From Fibrobacteria bacterium (GTDB taxonomy: Bacteria; Fibrobacterota; Chitinivibrionia; Chitinivibrionales; FEN-1185), in contig JBBIGR010000015.1 of assembly GCA_037447435.1 (NCBI GenBank), positions 85,314 through 100,221 of the forward strand: DNA of 14,908 bases, in the 5' to 3' direction. Below are positions 1 through 8,329 of the stretch, piece by piece; within the stretch, counting starts at the first letter, position 1; each line of letters begins with the position of its first letter. Made by a program: the position numbers and the translations under genes. The notes beneath the pieces were generated by a model. It had not been told where the DNA came from. It saw only the letters and a list, made by a program, of their open reading frames with translations, and did no database searches.

Positions 1-663
1 ATCGCTTCGGACCATATATACCCAACGATCGCGAATGGACGAGCTGTCGACCTTGGTCGTGTCTTTTTTATCGGCTTTTCGGAACAGAGAATCGGGAACC
101 GGATATTTGGCCAAAAACATTTTTCGCGCAATGATGTCTCTTACTTCCGCAAGCGACTGCTGGATTATGGTGTCTTTGGGCGGTTGCACCACCGTTGCGG
201 TTTTCTTGGTACTATCTTTTACCGCAGGTTCGGGAGCAGCTTTGGTTATCTTTGTCTTATAATCGGCCATGTGCGCCTTATAATATTCTTCGATTTGGCT
301 TTGGGTAAAACCCATTCCGCCGTCGAGAACTTTCATCAAATACAATTGCGCCGGAAAGTAACGTTGTTTCCATTCCCAATCGAGTTTTGATTTGATTTTT
401 GAGGCAAGGGATTTCGCTTCGCCGTCATCGTTAATGACTTTCATGTCGATTAAATAGGTGGACATCGTTCGTTCACCGGGGAAGAAATCGCCGCTCCACG
501 ACGGATACATGCGTCGCATTTCGGAAAACGAATTATACGCGTCTTTTGTAACTGAAAAACTGTCTATTTTTGCGACAATGTCCTTTTTGGCATTGCTTTG
601 GCAAAACGAACCAAGGCATAACATAAGTACGGCAATTGAAACTCCGACAATTCTCGTATGCAT
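1..663 (-). CDS. Exported PrsA/SurA-like foldase or chaperone, probable lipoprotein (partial, continues beyond the left edge)
   Basis: Absent from the ORF track. Manual translation gives 221 open codons from ATG at 663, with SD GGAG upstream. MHTRIVGVSIAVLMLCLGSFC is a signal peptide with a lipobox-like Cys. DIVAKIDSFSVTKDAY, FTQSQIEEYYKAHMADY and QSLAEVRDIIARKM resemble PrsA/SurA chaperone-domain segments. Confidence 0.65.
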   Translation of the reverse strand, partial: MHTRIVGVSIAVLMLCLGSFCQSNAKKDIVAKIDSFSVTKDAYNSFSEMRRMYPSWSGDFFPGERTMSTYLIDMKVINDDGEAKSLASKIKSKLDWEWKQRYFPAQLYLMKVLDGGMGFTQSQIEEYYKAHMADYKTKITKAAPEPAVKDSTKKTATVVQPPKDTIIQQSLAEVRDIIARKMFLAKYPVPDSLFRKADKKDTTKVDSSSIRDRWVYMVRSD

Positions 664-752
664 TGAAAAACGCTCCGATGTTATATAGGTTGAAAAATTA
701 GTTTTCGAAAATTGGCATTTTTTCACGACAATTCCCCTTCTTTTTCTGAATA

Positions 753-1109
753 TTACTTGAGTGCTGCGATAGCGTCGTCGATTTCATCGTAAATTTCGAG
801 TAGCGAAGTGGCACCGATGATTTCGATGATTTCATACACGTTTTCATTGACATTCGCTATCTTGAAACTCCCGCCCTTTTCCTTGGCCGATTTGCTGAAA
901 TGCAAAAGGATACCGAGGCCGGTGCTATTCACATAGCGGAGTTTTTTGAAATCGGCAAGAATATTAATGAAGCCGTCATTGAATAAATTACAGATTTTTT
1001 CCAACACGGTTTCCACATTGGTCGCATCAAGATCGCCGATGAACCTCACGAGTTTCGTGTTGGTATGACCCTTGATTTCTTCATATTCAAGATCGATCTG
1101 AGACTCCAT
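753..1109 (-). CDS. STAS-domain anti-sigma factor antagonist (RsbV/SpoIIAA-like)
   Basis: Contains GDLDA...ILADFKKLRYVNSTGLGILL with the phospho-acceptor Ser conserved. Start moved to ATG 1109 (MESQID), which follows SD GAGGA and lies 2 nt after the upstream stop. Confidence 0.92.
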   Translation of the reverse strand: MESQIDLEYEEIKGHTNTKLVRFIGDLDATNVETVLEKICNLFNDGFINILADFKKLRYVNSTGLGILLHFSKSAKEKGGSFKIANVNENVYEIIEIIGATSLLEIYDEIDDAIAALK

Positions 1110-1111
1110 AC

Positions 1112-1906
1112 CTATTCCTCTCTTAATTTTGTAACATGCACCGAAGTACCTTCGGTGGAACAATTGATATCAAGTCCGTTGGAAAGCATCTTGATTAATG
1201 CAAGACCTCTTCCCCTTTTATCTCCCAATTTTGGAGCGGGCGTTTTCACGACGGACTTGGATAATGCTTCGAGCGCCTCAATTTTTTCAGGGTCGCTGGC
1301 ATTGACAACTTCAAGCTGGATTTTGTCGCGGTCTATGGAAATTGTAAGATCAATATTTCTCGCCGCCTTTTCGCTACCATGTTCAACCGCGTTATTGCAC
1401 ACTTCATCGACAATAGTCTCTATTCTGAACGCATCGCGCTGCGTATACCCTTTTTGACGGGCGACCCTACTTACCAATTGGCGGACAGACGGAACGAATT
1501 GCAATTCGGGCGGAAACGACAACCATACGTTTTCCGCTTTTTTTTCTATTTCCCAATTGTACGCATTGACCGCGGAACGCAATTCGTTGTAAAACTTGAA
1601 AATTTTAGTTGCGCCCATGAGCGTCAATTTGGTTTTTATGTCGAAGGATAGCCCGGCAATCACCAGGTCGCCGCCTTTCTCGACAAGAGTCTGACGATGC
1701 CCCATTAGCTGACCGATGGCAGCGGACGACACGAACGAAACATTCGACATTTCAGCAACAAGAAAATTCTGTTTCATTTCCAAAATGGAATTGAACTCCG
1801 TGTTGATGAGGTCGATGCAGTCGGAATCCATGGCACCTTCGAGCTTCCACATAAGCACGTCGGGCTTGTATTCTACCGGTGATCTTTGGATTTTTAAACC
1901 TTGCAT
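1112..1906 (-). CDS. STAS domain fused to an RsbW-like HATPase_c (anti-sigma) domain
   Basis: N-half: LEGAMDS...MSNVSFVSSAAIGQLM...GGDLVIAGLS (STAS). C-half: VDEVCNNAVEHG (N box) and RGRGLALIKML (G2 box). Confidence 0.88.
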   Translation of the reverse strand: MQGLKIQRSPVEYKPDVLMWKLEGAMDSDCIDLINTEFNSILEMKQNFLVAEMSNVSFVSSAAIGQLMGHRQTLVEKGGDLVIAGLSFDIKTKLTLMGATKIFKFYNELRSAVNAYNWEIEKKAENVWLSFPPELQFVPSVRQLVSRVARQKGYTQRDAFRIETIVDEVCNNAVEHGSEKAARNIDLTISIDRDKIQLEVVNASDPEKIEALEALSKSVVKTPAPKLGDKRGRGLALIKMLSNGLDINCSTEGTSVHVTKLREE

Positions 1907-1961
1907 AGCAGGATATATTTCCTATTCCCGATTTTTACCGTGATTTACGACCACGCTATTC

Positions 1962-2420
1962 CTATACGTCTTCGCGTTTCCGTACAACGCGCACGGTCGT
2001 CATATTATTTTCGCCGATTTCAAGCTTCACGTCCTCCGAAAGCAGGCGGACGATTTCCAGACCCAAGCCGGCTCTTTCCCGTTTCTCAAGCAACGGTTCG
2101 ATACTCGGGGTTTCGGTTTTATTCATCGCGTTTTTCAATTTATCAAGGTCGTCCCTGGTACCGCCCTGGTCATGCGCCTCGAATTCGAAGCGGTCGGGGA
2201 ATATTTTGCAATCTATTTCGACCATGGCATCCATAGTACGGGAACCGTGGATGATTGCGTTATGACAAATTTCATCGACAATGACTTCGGACCTGTATGC
2301 GAATTTCGGCGAAAAATGATTAACTTGCAACGTTTCCGCCACGAATTTTCGTACCGGAGGTATATAATCAAGGTCCGACGGAAACCGCATCTTTATGCAA
2401 TATGGATTACTATTGTCCAT
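1962..2420 (-). CDS. RsbW/SpoIIAB-like anti-sigma factor Ser kinase (HATPase_c)
   Basis: FPSDLDYIPPVRKFV, N box VDEICHNAIIHG, G1 box HDQGG, G2 box AGLGLEIV. Confidence 0.9.
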   Translation of the reverse strand: MDNSNPYCIKMRFPSDLDYIPPVRKFVAETLQVNHFSPKFAYRSEVIVDEICHNAIIHGSRTMDAMVEIDCKIFPDRFEFEAHDQGGTRDDLDKLKNAMNKTETPSIEPLLEKRERAGLGLEIVRLLSEDVKLEIGENNMTTVRVVRKREDV

Positions 2421-2482
2421 GACCTAAGAATATCTTTCTATAAAACAATACGTCTCGAAACAAACGGTTTTCAGGGCAAAAT

Positions 2483-2818
2483 TTACTTGTCGCCATGCAG
2501 GATGAACGCTTCATCCCCGGAACTTACCGTCCCTTTTTTTACCAGCACTTCAACAAGCCGCGATGTAATTGATAAAAGAGTAGTGAACGACGGCGCATCG
2601 TTAAGACCTTTGATCTTTGTCGACGCTGATGCGTCTTTTTCGGAAGCCCCGCGCAGCGAATCGAGAATGCATTCCAATACGAACATGATCTCACCATAGG
2701 TAAGATTGCCTTTTCGATACGATGAAAATTCCTGAATAGCCCCAAGAACAAGATCATTGAGCTTGTTGAATTCGTTTTGGTCGTCAAAAACATTTTTGTA
2801 GGACCCAAGTTCAGGCAT
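2483..2818 (-). CDS. Hypothetical cytoplasmic protein (111 aa)
   Basis: Strong SD GGAGGGAG before the ATG. Co-oriented with its neighbours and fills the gap. No recognisable motif. Confidence 0.75.
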   Translation of the reverse strand: MPELGSYKNVFDDQNEFNKLNDLVLGAIQEFSSYRKGNLTYGEIMFVLECILDSLRGASEKDASASTKIKGLNDAPSFTTLLSITSRLVEVLVKKGTVSSGDEAFILHGDK

Positions 2819-2920
2819 GTTACTCCCTCCGCAAATTCTTGTAGTCAGGAACGAAACGCATAAATTTCCGCGCTAAAAGGTCGAGGCTTGGTACAACGCC
2901 ATACCTTTTGAATAAAATAA

Positions 2921-2929
2921 ATTCTACCA
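2921..2929 (-). promoter_or_regulatory. Putative extended -10 promoter (TGGTAGAAT) for the hypothetical/partner-switching operon
   Basis: TGn-TAGAAT on the minus strand in a very AT-rich intergenic region, about 100 nt upstream of ATG 2818. Confidence 0.4.
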
Positions 2930-3019
2930 AATATAAATAAATATACTATTCAGGAAGAACTATTAATACGTTTAAGTAAAAAATAAATTGCCAGAAAAAC
3001 ACGCCTTGAAACCGGAGAT

Positions 3020-3886
3020 TTAATTTTTCTTTGCCCCGGCCGGAGCGTTCTGCGATTGCGACGCGGATCCTGTTTTTGCGGCTTTATCGCTGCCTCCCGA
3101 GGGATTCGCATTTTTATCCTGCGATGAGGCGGGTGTCGAAACCGACGGAACAGCAGACCGCGAATTTTGCTTTTTAGCTCTTTCAACGTTTGCCGCTTCG
3201 ACACTGGGGACATTGAACATATCCGAAATCGACGATGCCTTATATTTTGAAATAGTTGTCGAATCGGTTGGAACGGCAAAGTGGCTTTTTTCGCTTTTCA
3301 TAACCGCAGAGATCAGATTCGCGGATTTGTAGGCGGCAGAATCGACAAGTTGTTCGATAATTTCCTGTCTATCGGTGGCGCTGATATGCAAATCCCTGTC
3401 GATATCATCAAAAAACACAAACCCTTCCGGCTTATCAAAATCAACCGAAACGTCTCCGATAAACGCATAATCCCTGAAACGCAAGCTATATACGGAAACG
3501 GTGAGCAACAATTTTCCATGCGCAGATGCCTTCACCAGTAATTTTCTCTGCGGCTTAACGGAATGGTCTTTTACTGTTACCCAAATAAAGACCGTGGAAT
3601 CGTTGCTGAATTGCTTCAACGATTCGACAAGCCTTCGGGAAACAGTGGGAAAATCATCGAAGTTTATGCGTCGCCGGAAATCTTGTGACGTTAAATAATC
3701 CTGTAAATGATAGTCGACATTTACGGACAGCGCTTCGCGCAAACGCATATCAAAGGCTTTTTCAAGAATGGGAGCATCGTTTCCTAATACACCAAGAAAT
3801 ACCAGATCGGACCCGCCTGCATTTTCCGCCTTACCGGTCGTTATGCTGAAAAATGCCATCAAGGTTACAAGAATAATTTTTTTCAT
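3020..3886 (-). CDS. Exported hypothetical protein with a low-complexity Ser/Ala/Lys-rich C-terminal tail
   Basis: Start moved to ATG 3886. MKKIILVTLMAFFSITTGKA is a classic Sec signal peptide, and this start avoids overlap with the CE4 gene. Confidence 0.8.
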   Translation of the reverse strand: MKKIILVTLMAFFSITTGKAENAGGSDLVFLGVLGNDAPILEKAFDMRLREALSVNVDYHLQDYLTSQDFRRRINFDDFPTVSRRLVESLKQFSNDSTVFIWVTVKDHSVKPQRKLLVKASAHGKLLLTVSVYSLRFRDYAFIGDVSVDFDKPEGFVFFDDIDRDLHISATDRQEIIEQLVDSAAYKSANLISAVMKSEKSHFAVPTDSTTISKYKASSISDMFNVPSVEAANVERAKKQNSRSAVPSVSTPASSQDKNANPSGGSDKAAKTGSASQSQNAPAGAKKN

Positions 3887-3963
3887 AGCACCATTCTTTG
3901 AATAGGTTACGGCACTTTTTGTATGCCTGTTATTTTTATTGTCGGACTTAAACCTATTTTTCT

Positions 3964-5421
3964 TCACCGTGAAATAATCATCTTTGCATAATACGGTTTT
4001 TTTCCGCCCACTTTCAAAATATAACAACCGGTCAAAAGCGGCCTGCTCGGCGTAAACTCCATTGCACTGTTTCCGATCGCAACGGTTGAATTTTGAACAA
4101 GCGTCCCATCGACCCGATACAGGCTCACCCTTACATTTGATCCTCTGTCGGCCGCGGCATTGCAATAAAAACTGCCGTGGGCATAACGAATTTCTTTTTC
4201 AAACAATTCCGAACCGGCCATCTCAGAGTGCACGGTTGTTACCGACAACGCGACCGGCTTTCTGCACCAGGCAACAAGATCCTGTGCGCGTACGAAGCGA
4301 ACATCAGGTTTCTTTAGCGCATATTCGATGAAATCTGCCCAGGCCTTACGAATTTCGGGGCCGGTGGTATTCGAAGAACTTTTTGCCCATGCGTCGGTGG
4401 TAAACTGCGAATGGCCGCCGATCATAAGCGGTGCACGGTTTCCCTTGAGCCGGCAATCGAGCGTATAGCATAAAATTGAATAAAAGTCCGCTCCTTTAAG
4501 TCCCAAATCGCCGCTTGTATTGTCTATAATATTGTAATCGAGGCCGGTTATTCTCGTTTTGTCGTCGTCCTTTATCGCACCGGCCAAGGAGGCAGGAACC
4601 ATGAACGGCTGCTGCGGTAATTCCCAAACTCCCGGATAAGAACCGATATGCGTATGGCCTTCGCTGTCCCAATCGTCGGTATAATCGGACCCTGCGCTTC
4701 CCTGATTCAGGGTGTAGGGCCAGGTAAAATTGGTACCGTCTTTTCCGTCTTCCCATCCGTCTTCTATCGAACAATCGTAAGTAAACCCTCGGGCCCTGAT
4801 GGCCGTAAACGTCGCAGCGTTATAGGCAAGCGACGGCGTGCGCCATCCGGTTATCGACGCCTTATCGACCCCGGCGCCGTAATTGACCACGATAGTGGGA
4901 TTTTCCCAATCCCACATGGAGGCGACCGTGTCGGGCGGCACGGGCTTTGCCAAATTGGTATTCGTTTTATCGATTTGCGATTCCCATTCTGCAAGTGTCG
5001 TCGCATTTGTCGTCGCATGGTTAAACGAATGGTTTCCTATTTCATGCCCTTCTTTATAGGCCCTGCCGATTGCGCGCATGAGGTCCAGCGGCTCGTCTTC
5101 CATGTCCTCGTAAAAGCCCACGGTATAGGTAAGGAATGTCGCCCTGACCAACGCATTGTCGAAAGTGGCAGCATTGCCGTTTCCTGCAGGATTGCGCTTA
5201 TTCTTCAAATAATCCAGTATCCAAACAATGCCGCCTGTCAATGAATCACCGGATGTCGGATTATCGTCGAAACCCAGAACAATGAATTGCGGGACCTGGG
5301 ACGCGGTCAAATTTCCGGGAGGTTTTATGGAAGCGGGAATGTTATCGGAATAATCGTATAAGCCCAAACCGAAAGCGGAAATAAACCCTGCAAAAACCGC
5401 CAGCAAAAAATAGTGCCTCAT
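3964..5421 (-). CDS. Secreted CE4 polysaccharide (chitin-type) deacetylase with a T9SS-like C-terminal sorting domain
   Basis: Signal peptide present. CE4 motifs GFDDNP, HEIGNHSFNH, GWRTPSL, YDCS, WELP, LDYN and NRAPLMIGGH. C-terminus VSLYRVDG...LLTGCYILKV...AKMII. SD AAAGGG spacing favours ATG 5421 over 5427. Confidence 0.88.
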   Translation of the reverse strand: MRHYFLLAVFAGFISAFGLGLYDYSDNIPASIKPPGNLTASQVPQFIVLGFDDNPTSGDSLTGGIVWILDYLKNKRNPAGNGNAATFDNALVRATFLTYTVGFYEDMEDEPLDLMRAIGRAYKEGHEIGNHSFNHATTNATTLAEWESQIDKTNTNLAKPVPPDTVASMWDWENPTIVVNYGAGVDKASITGWRTPSLAYNAATFTAIRARGFTYDCSIEDGWEDGKDGTNFTWPYTLNQGSAGSDYTDDWDSEGHTHIGSYPGVWELPQQPFMVPASLAGAIKDDDKTRITGLDYNIIDNTSGDLGLKGADFYSILCYTLDCRLKGNRAPLMIGGHSQFTTDAWAKSSSNTTGPEIRKAWADFIEYALKKPDVRFVRAQDLVAWCRKPVALSVTTVHSEMAGSELFEKEIRYAHGSFYCNAAADRGSNVRVSLYRVDGTLVQNSTVAIGNSAMEFTPSRPLLTGCYILKVGGKKPYYAKMIISR

Positions 5422-5501
5422 GAACATCCCTTTACAGCCAATCGTTATAGTATAGTCGTTAGTATGAAAATATTTCTCTTTAAGACGGATGTGACGATAA
5501 A

Positions 5502-5792
5502 TTACTGTTTTTCGATTGCGTTGTTTGCCCGGTATATCCAGCTTAGTACCTCGGCAACGGCCGCATACATTTGCGGAGGGATTTCGCGATCTATTTCTAC
5601 CTGAGACAATAATTCCAAAAGGTCGTCGTCCTGCCGTATGGGAACGCCGAATTTCCTGGCCGATTCTTTGATGGCCTGCGCGACATACCCTTCCCCTTTG
5701 GCAACGACTTTGGGAGCCTTGTCGACATCTTCCTTGAATTTCAACGCCACCGCCCGGTCGCGTTTTAATTCTTTTTTGTTAAAAGCCGTCAT
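5502..5792 (-). CDS. Stand-alone FlhB C-terminal (EscU/YscU/HrcU family) export switch protein, FlhX/YlqH-like
   Basis: RAVALKF...APKVVAKGEGYVAQAIKESARKFGVPI...EIDREIPPQMYAAVAEVLSWIY. Start at ATG 5792 (MTAFNK), 8 nt after the fliK-like stop. Confidence 0.92.
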   Translation of the reverse strand: MTAFNKKELKRDRAVALKFKEDVDKAPKVVAKGEGYVAQAIKESARKFGVPIRQDDDLLELLSQVEIDREIPPQMYAAVAEVLSWIYRANNAIEKQ

Positions 5793-5800
5793 AATCGCCC

Positions 5801-8293
5801 TTATGCCGATACATCGACATTGTTGCGGCCGTGTTGCGTTGCAACTGGCGATGCTGCGGCTTTTTGCGTTGCTGCCGCGTCTTTCATGTCTATTCCCAGT
5901 ACGCCGAATCCCACGCCGACAAGCGTCTTGGTCAAATCGCTTTTGTTTTGCTCGAACCATTTTTTCGCATGCGGCTTTTGGAATTCCATTCGCATCGCAT
6001 AGCGCTTGGAACCGTCGAAATCCATGAATACGTCGACCGTACCGAGCCCTTTTGGCGCGACATGCAGCGACAGCGCCACCGGCCGGTTTTGGGGCACTGT
6101 TTTCTGCGATCGTTTTTTGACAAAGCGTATCACGACGCCGGTCCATTCTTCGCCTATTTTCATTGGTAAGCTTATCACTTGTTGCTTACTATCGGCCAGA
6201 TCGACCTGCCTGGCCAGAACCTGCATTGATTCTATTCTGCCAATAGCCTGGTCGACATGCTGTTTCAGGACCGCAAGCCCGTCGTGCATTGTTTGCGACG
6301 GGACATCGGCTTGCTTGCCCGCGTGCAGCAGCACTGCCTCCATTTTCCCCGTAACGGCATGGTCCGCCTTTTGTGAAAAAGCCGCGATGTTCTTCACGAG
6401 GTCGTCGATATGCCTCAGCGTATTTTGCATCGCCTTTTCAAATCCTTGATTATTAGCAACTCCCGGGTCGGGCGTTTGCGCGGCCCGGGAAAATTGTTCG
6501 TATTCGTTTTTCAGTTGCGTTATGTCTTGCGAAATCCGCCCGAGCATTTCCGTTGCGTTTTCAATGGAAGTCACGATCTCCCGCGCAGCTTCAATCACGG
6601 GATTTTTCGTAACCGGTGCGTCGGGCGTGGAAACGTTTTTTTGCAAAATGCCGGCGTCCTGTTCCTGCGGAACGAACGCGGCGGCGGAATCGAGCAAACT
6701 GTTTGCAATATCCTTTGCCGCTGCAATAAAATCATTGGAAAGCATTTTCGATGTTGTCAGGATTTGGGAAAGCCCGTCGCTGCCGAAAAGTTTTTGCACC
6801 GTTTGTTGCGGCGTTGTTGCGGCGTTGACCGTTTCCTTGATTTGTTTGTCTATGGTTTGTGCACAATAGGAAATCCCCGCCAGCATATCGGTCGTTTGCA
6901 CTTGCGAAAGCGCAGTCGCCAGCGAAAGCAGTTGCATGGGTTTCAACACGGGCCCTTTTTCAGAGGCAACCGGCAATGCCGGTGAATCCGAATTTGTCTT
7001 TTGCATATCGCCGCGTTCCTTTTCGGCATCGGCCTCGTCGCCGGTTGCCGCCAGCGCCAATGCGCGAGACAAGGTTAAAAGCGCGGTTTTGAGATTGGCA
7101 TTATCGGTTTGCAAAGGAGTGTCGGTATTGGAAAAAGTCCGCGCTTCGGTATCGAGCCCGACGGCTTTGAAAAGATCGTTGACAAACAAGCTTTGGGGGC
7201 GGGAATCGGAAAATTGCATCGGTACCGTGGCGCTTTCCTCGGTTTTTGCCAGCGTTTCCGAAATAGGCAGCGCACCACCGAGTGCGGTCATCACATCCAA
7301 AAGTATTTTCGGCAAGGCCTGTTGCGGCGACGGCATCAACGTTGCAAGGGTGTCGTTGCGCAACCCGCTCTCCATTGCGGTTTGCAACCATTGCCCGAAA
7401 GCAATGCTAAATCCCGCGTCTGCGGCCTGGGGCACCCGGGTACTTGCTTTTGCAATGCCGGGACCGCTGCCTTGACCCAAAAGGGATTCCGATTGTTGTA
7501 TGGAATTATCGAGGTCGAGCAGGTTTTCCAGATTCAGGACGTTGTTTTGATCCAACACCTGCAGGAGCGCAGACGGAGCAACCGATTTCCAAACATCGGC
7601 TTTCAGCAAAGCTAAAAGATGCCCCATTTCGTTTTCCACGTTATCGGGTGCGATAAACGAAGCGCGCAAATCGCTTATTGCCGATTCATAAATTTTTAAA
7701 ACAACCGGTCCGTTTTGATAGGTTTGCGCTAGTTTTTGCCAGGGCAAATCGGCCTGTAATTCTTTATTCCTCGACAACCAGGCGATTGCGTCCTTGACGG
7801 AATTGAACGAAACAAACCCCTCCGAAACATCGGTGAGCGGTTTAAGAACGACGTCGGCGACGCTTCCGTCGGAAGCAAGTTTTGCGGCGAGCCTGTCGGT
7901 CAACTTCTTTATTTGCCCGGTAATGTCTTCTATGGTTTTCTCGGTCACGGTGTCGGTATCGGGTATGGCGGCGACAGTGGCTTTGAGCTCTGCAATACTT
8001 TGTTGTGTTTGGGGGTCGAAATTTTGCGGCGATTTCGCGACTGCGGCGAGAATTTGGTCCAATTGCTTCAATGCGTTTTTGTCAAAAGCGTCCGCGGTAA
8101 GTTGCTTTACAACCGCGTCCACGATCCGTTTGAGCAGTCCGATATCGGAAACCGGGGGATCGACCGTGTCGCCCGGTATCGCCTGCTTGGCGGCCGAAGC
8201 ATCCGGCGCGCGCGCCGCGGTATTGCGTGCCGACTTGTCGGCCGCAGAAGCTTCTGCGGCAACTTGTTGCACCTGTAAAGGCATTGTTTTCAT
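5801..8293 (-). CDS. FliK-like flagellar hook-length control protein (C-terminal T3S4-type domain)
   Basis: Long A/Q/D/T-rich body. C-terminus ISLPMKIG...VALSLHVAPKGLGTVDV...FEQNKSDLTKTLVGVGF...VDVSA. Adjacent to the FlhB-C gene, a known gene pair. Confidence 0.75.
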   Translation of the reverse strand: MKTMPLQVQQVAAEASAADKSARNTAARAPDASAAKQAIPGDTVDPPVSDIGLLKRIVDAVVKQLTADAFDKNALKQLDQILAAVAKSPQNFDPQTQQSIAELKATVAAIPDTDTVTEKTIEDITGQIKKLTDRLAAKLASDGSVADVVLKPLTDVSEGFVSFNSVKDAIAWLSRNKELQADLPWQKLAQTYQNGPVVLKIYESAISDLRASFIAPDNVENEMGHLLALLKADVWKSVAPSALLQVLDQNNVLNLENLLDLDNSIQQSESLLGQGSGPGIAKASTRVPQAADAGFSIAFGQWLQTAMESGLRNDTLATLMPSPQQALPKILLDVMTALGGALPISETLAKTEESATVPMQFSDSRPQSLFVNDLFKAVGLDTEARTFSNTDTPLQTDNANLKTALLTLSRALALAATGDEADAEKERGDMQKTNSDSPALPVASEKGPVLKPMQLLSLATALSQVQTTDMLAGISYCAQTIDKQIKETVNAATTPQQTVQKLFGSDGLSQILTTSKMLSNDFIAAAKDIANSLLDSAAAFVPQEQDAGILQKNVSTPDAPVTKNPVIEAAREIVTSIENATEMLGRISQDITQLKNEYEQFSRAAQTPDPGVANNQGFEKAMQNTLRHIDDLVKNIAAFSQKADHAVTGKMEAVLLHAGKQADVPSQTMHDGLAVLKQHVDQAIGRIESMQVLARQVDLADSKQQVISLPMKIGEEWTGVVIRFVKKRSQKTVPQNRPVALSLHVAPKGLGTVDVFMDFDGSKRYAMRMEFQKPHAKKWFEQNKSDLTKTLVGVGFGVLGIDMKDAAATQKAAASPVATQHGRNNVDVSA

Positions 8294-8329
8294 GCCGCTT
8301 CCCGGGAAGGAATGTTACTACCGATTTGC

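Noticed and set aside
1112..1964. TAG stop-codon reassignment
   Set aside because: TAG ends genes at natural domain boundaries (1112, 1962, 8330), and no conserved domain is interrupted by TAG.
3887..4165. N-terminal extension of ORF 3020..4165
   Set aside because: It overlaps the CE4 gene, and a clear signal peptide starts at ATG 3886.
5793..6146. N-terminal extension of the FlhB-C ORF, or a full-length flhB
   Set aside because: It overlaps the fliK-like C-terminal domain in another frame and has no TM segments or NPTH motif.
8204..8217. GC palindrome CGGCGCGCGCGCCG
   Set aside because: It lies inside the coding sequence of an Ala/Arg-rich stretch and is explained by codon content.
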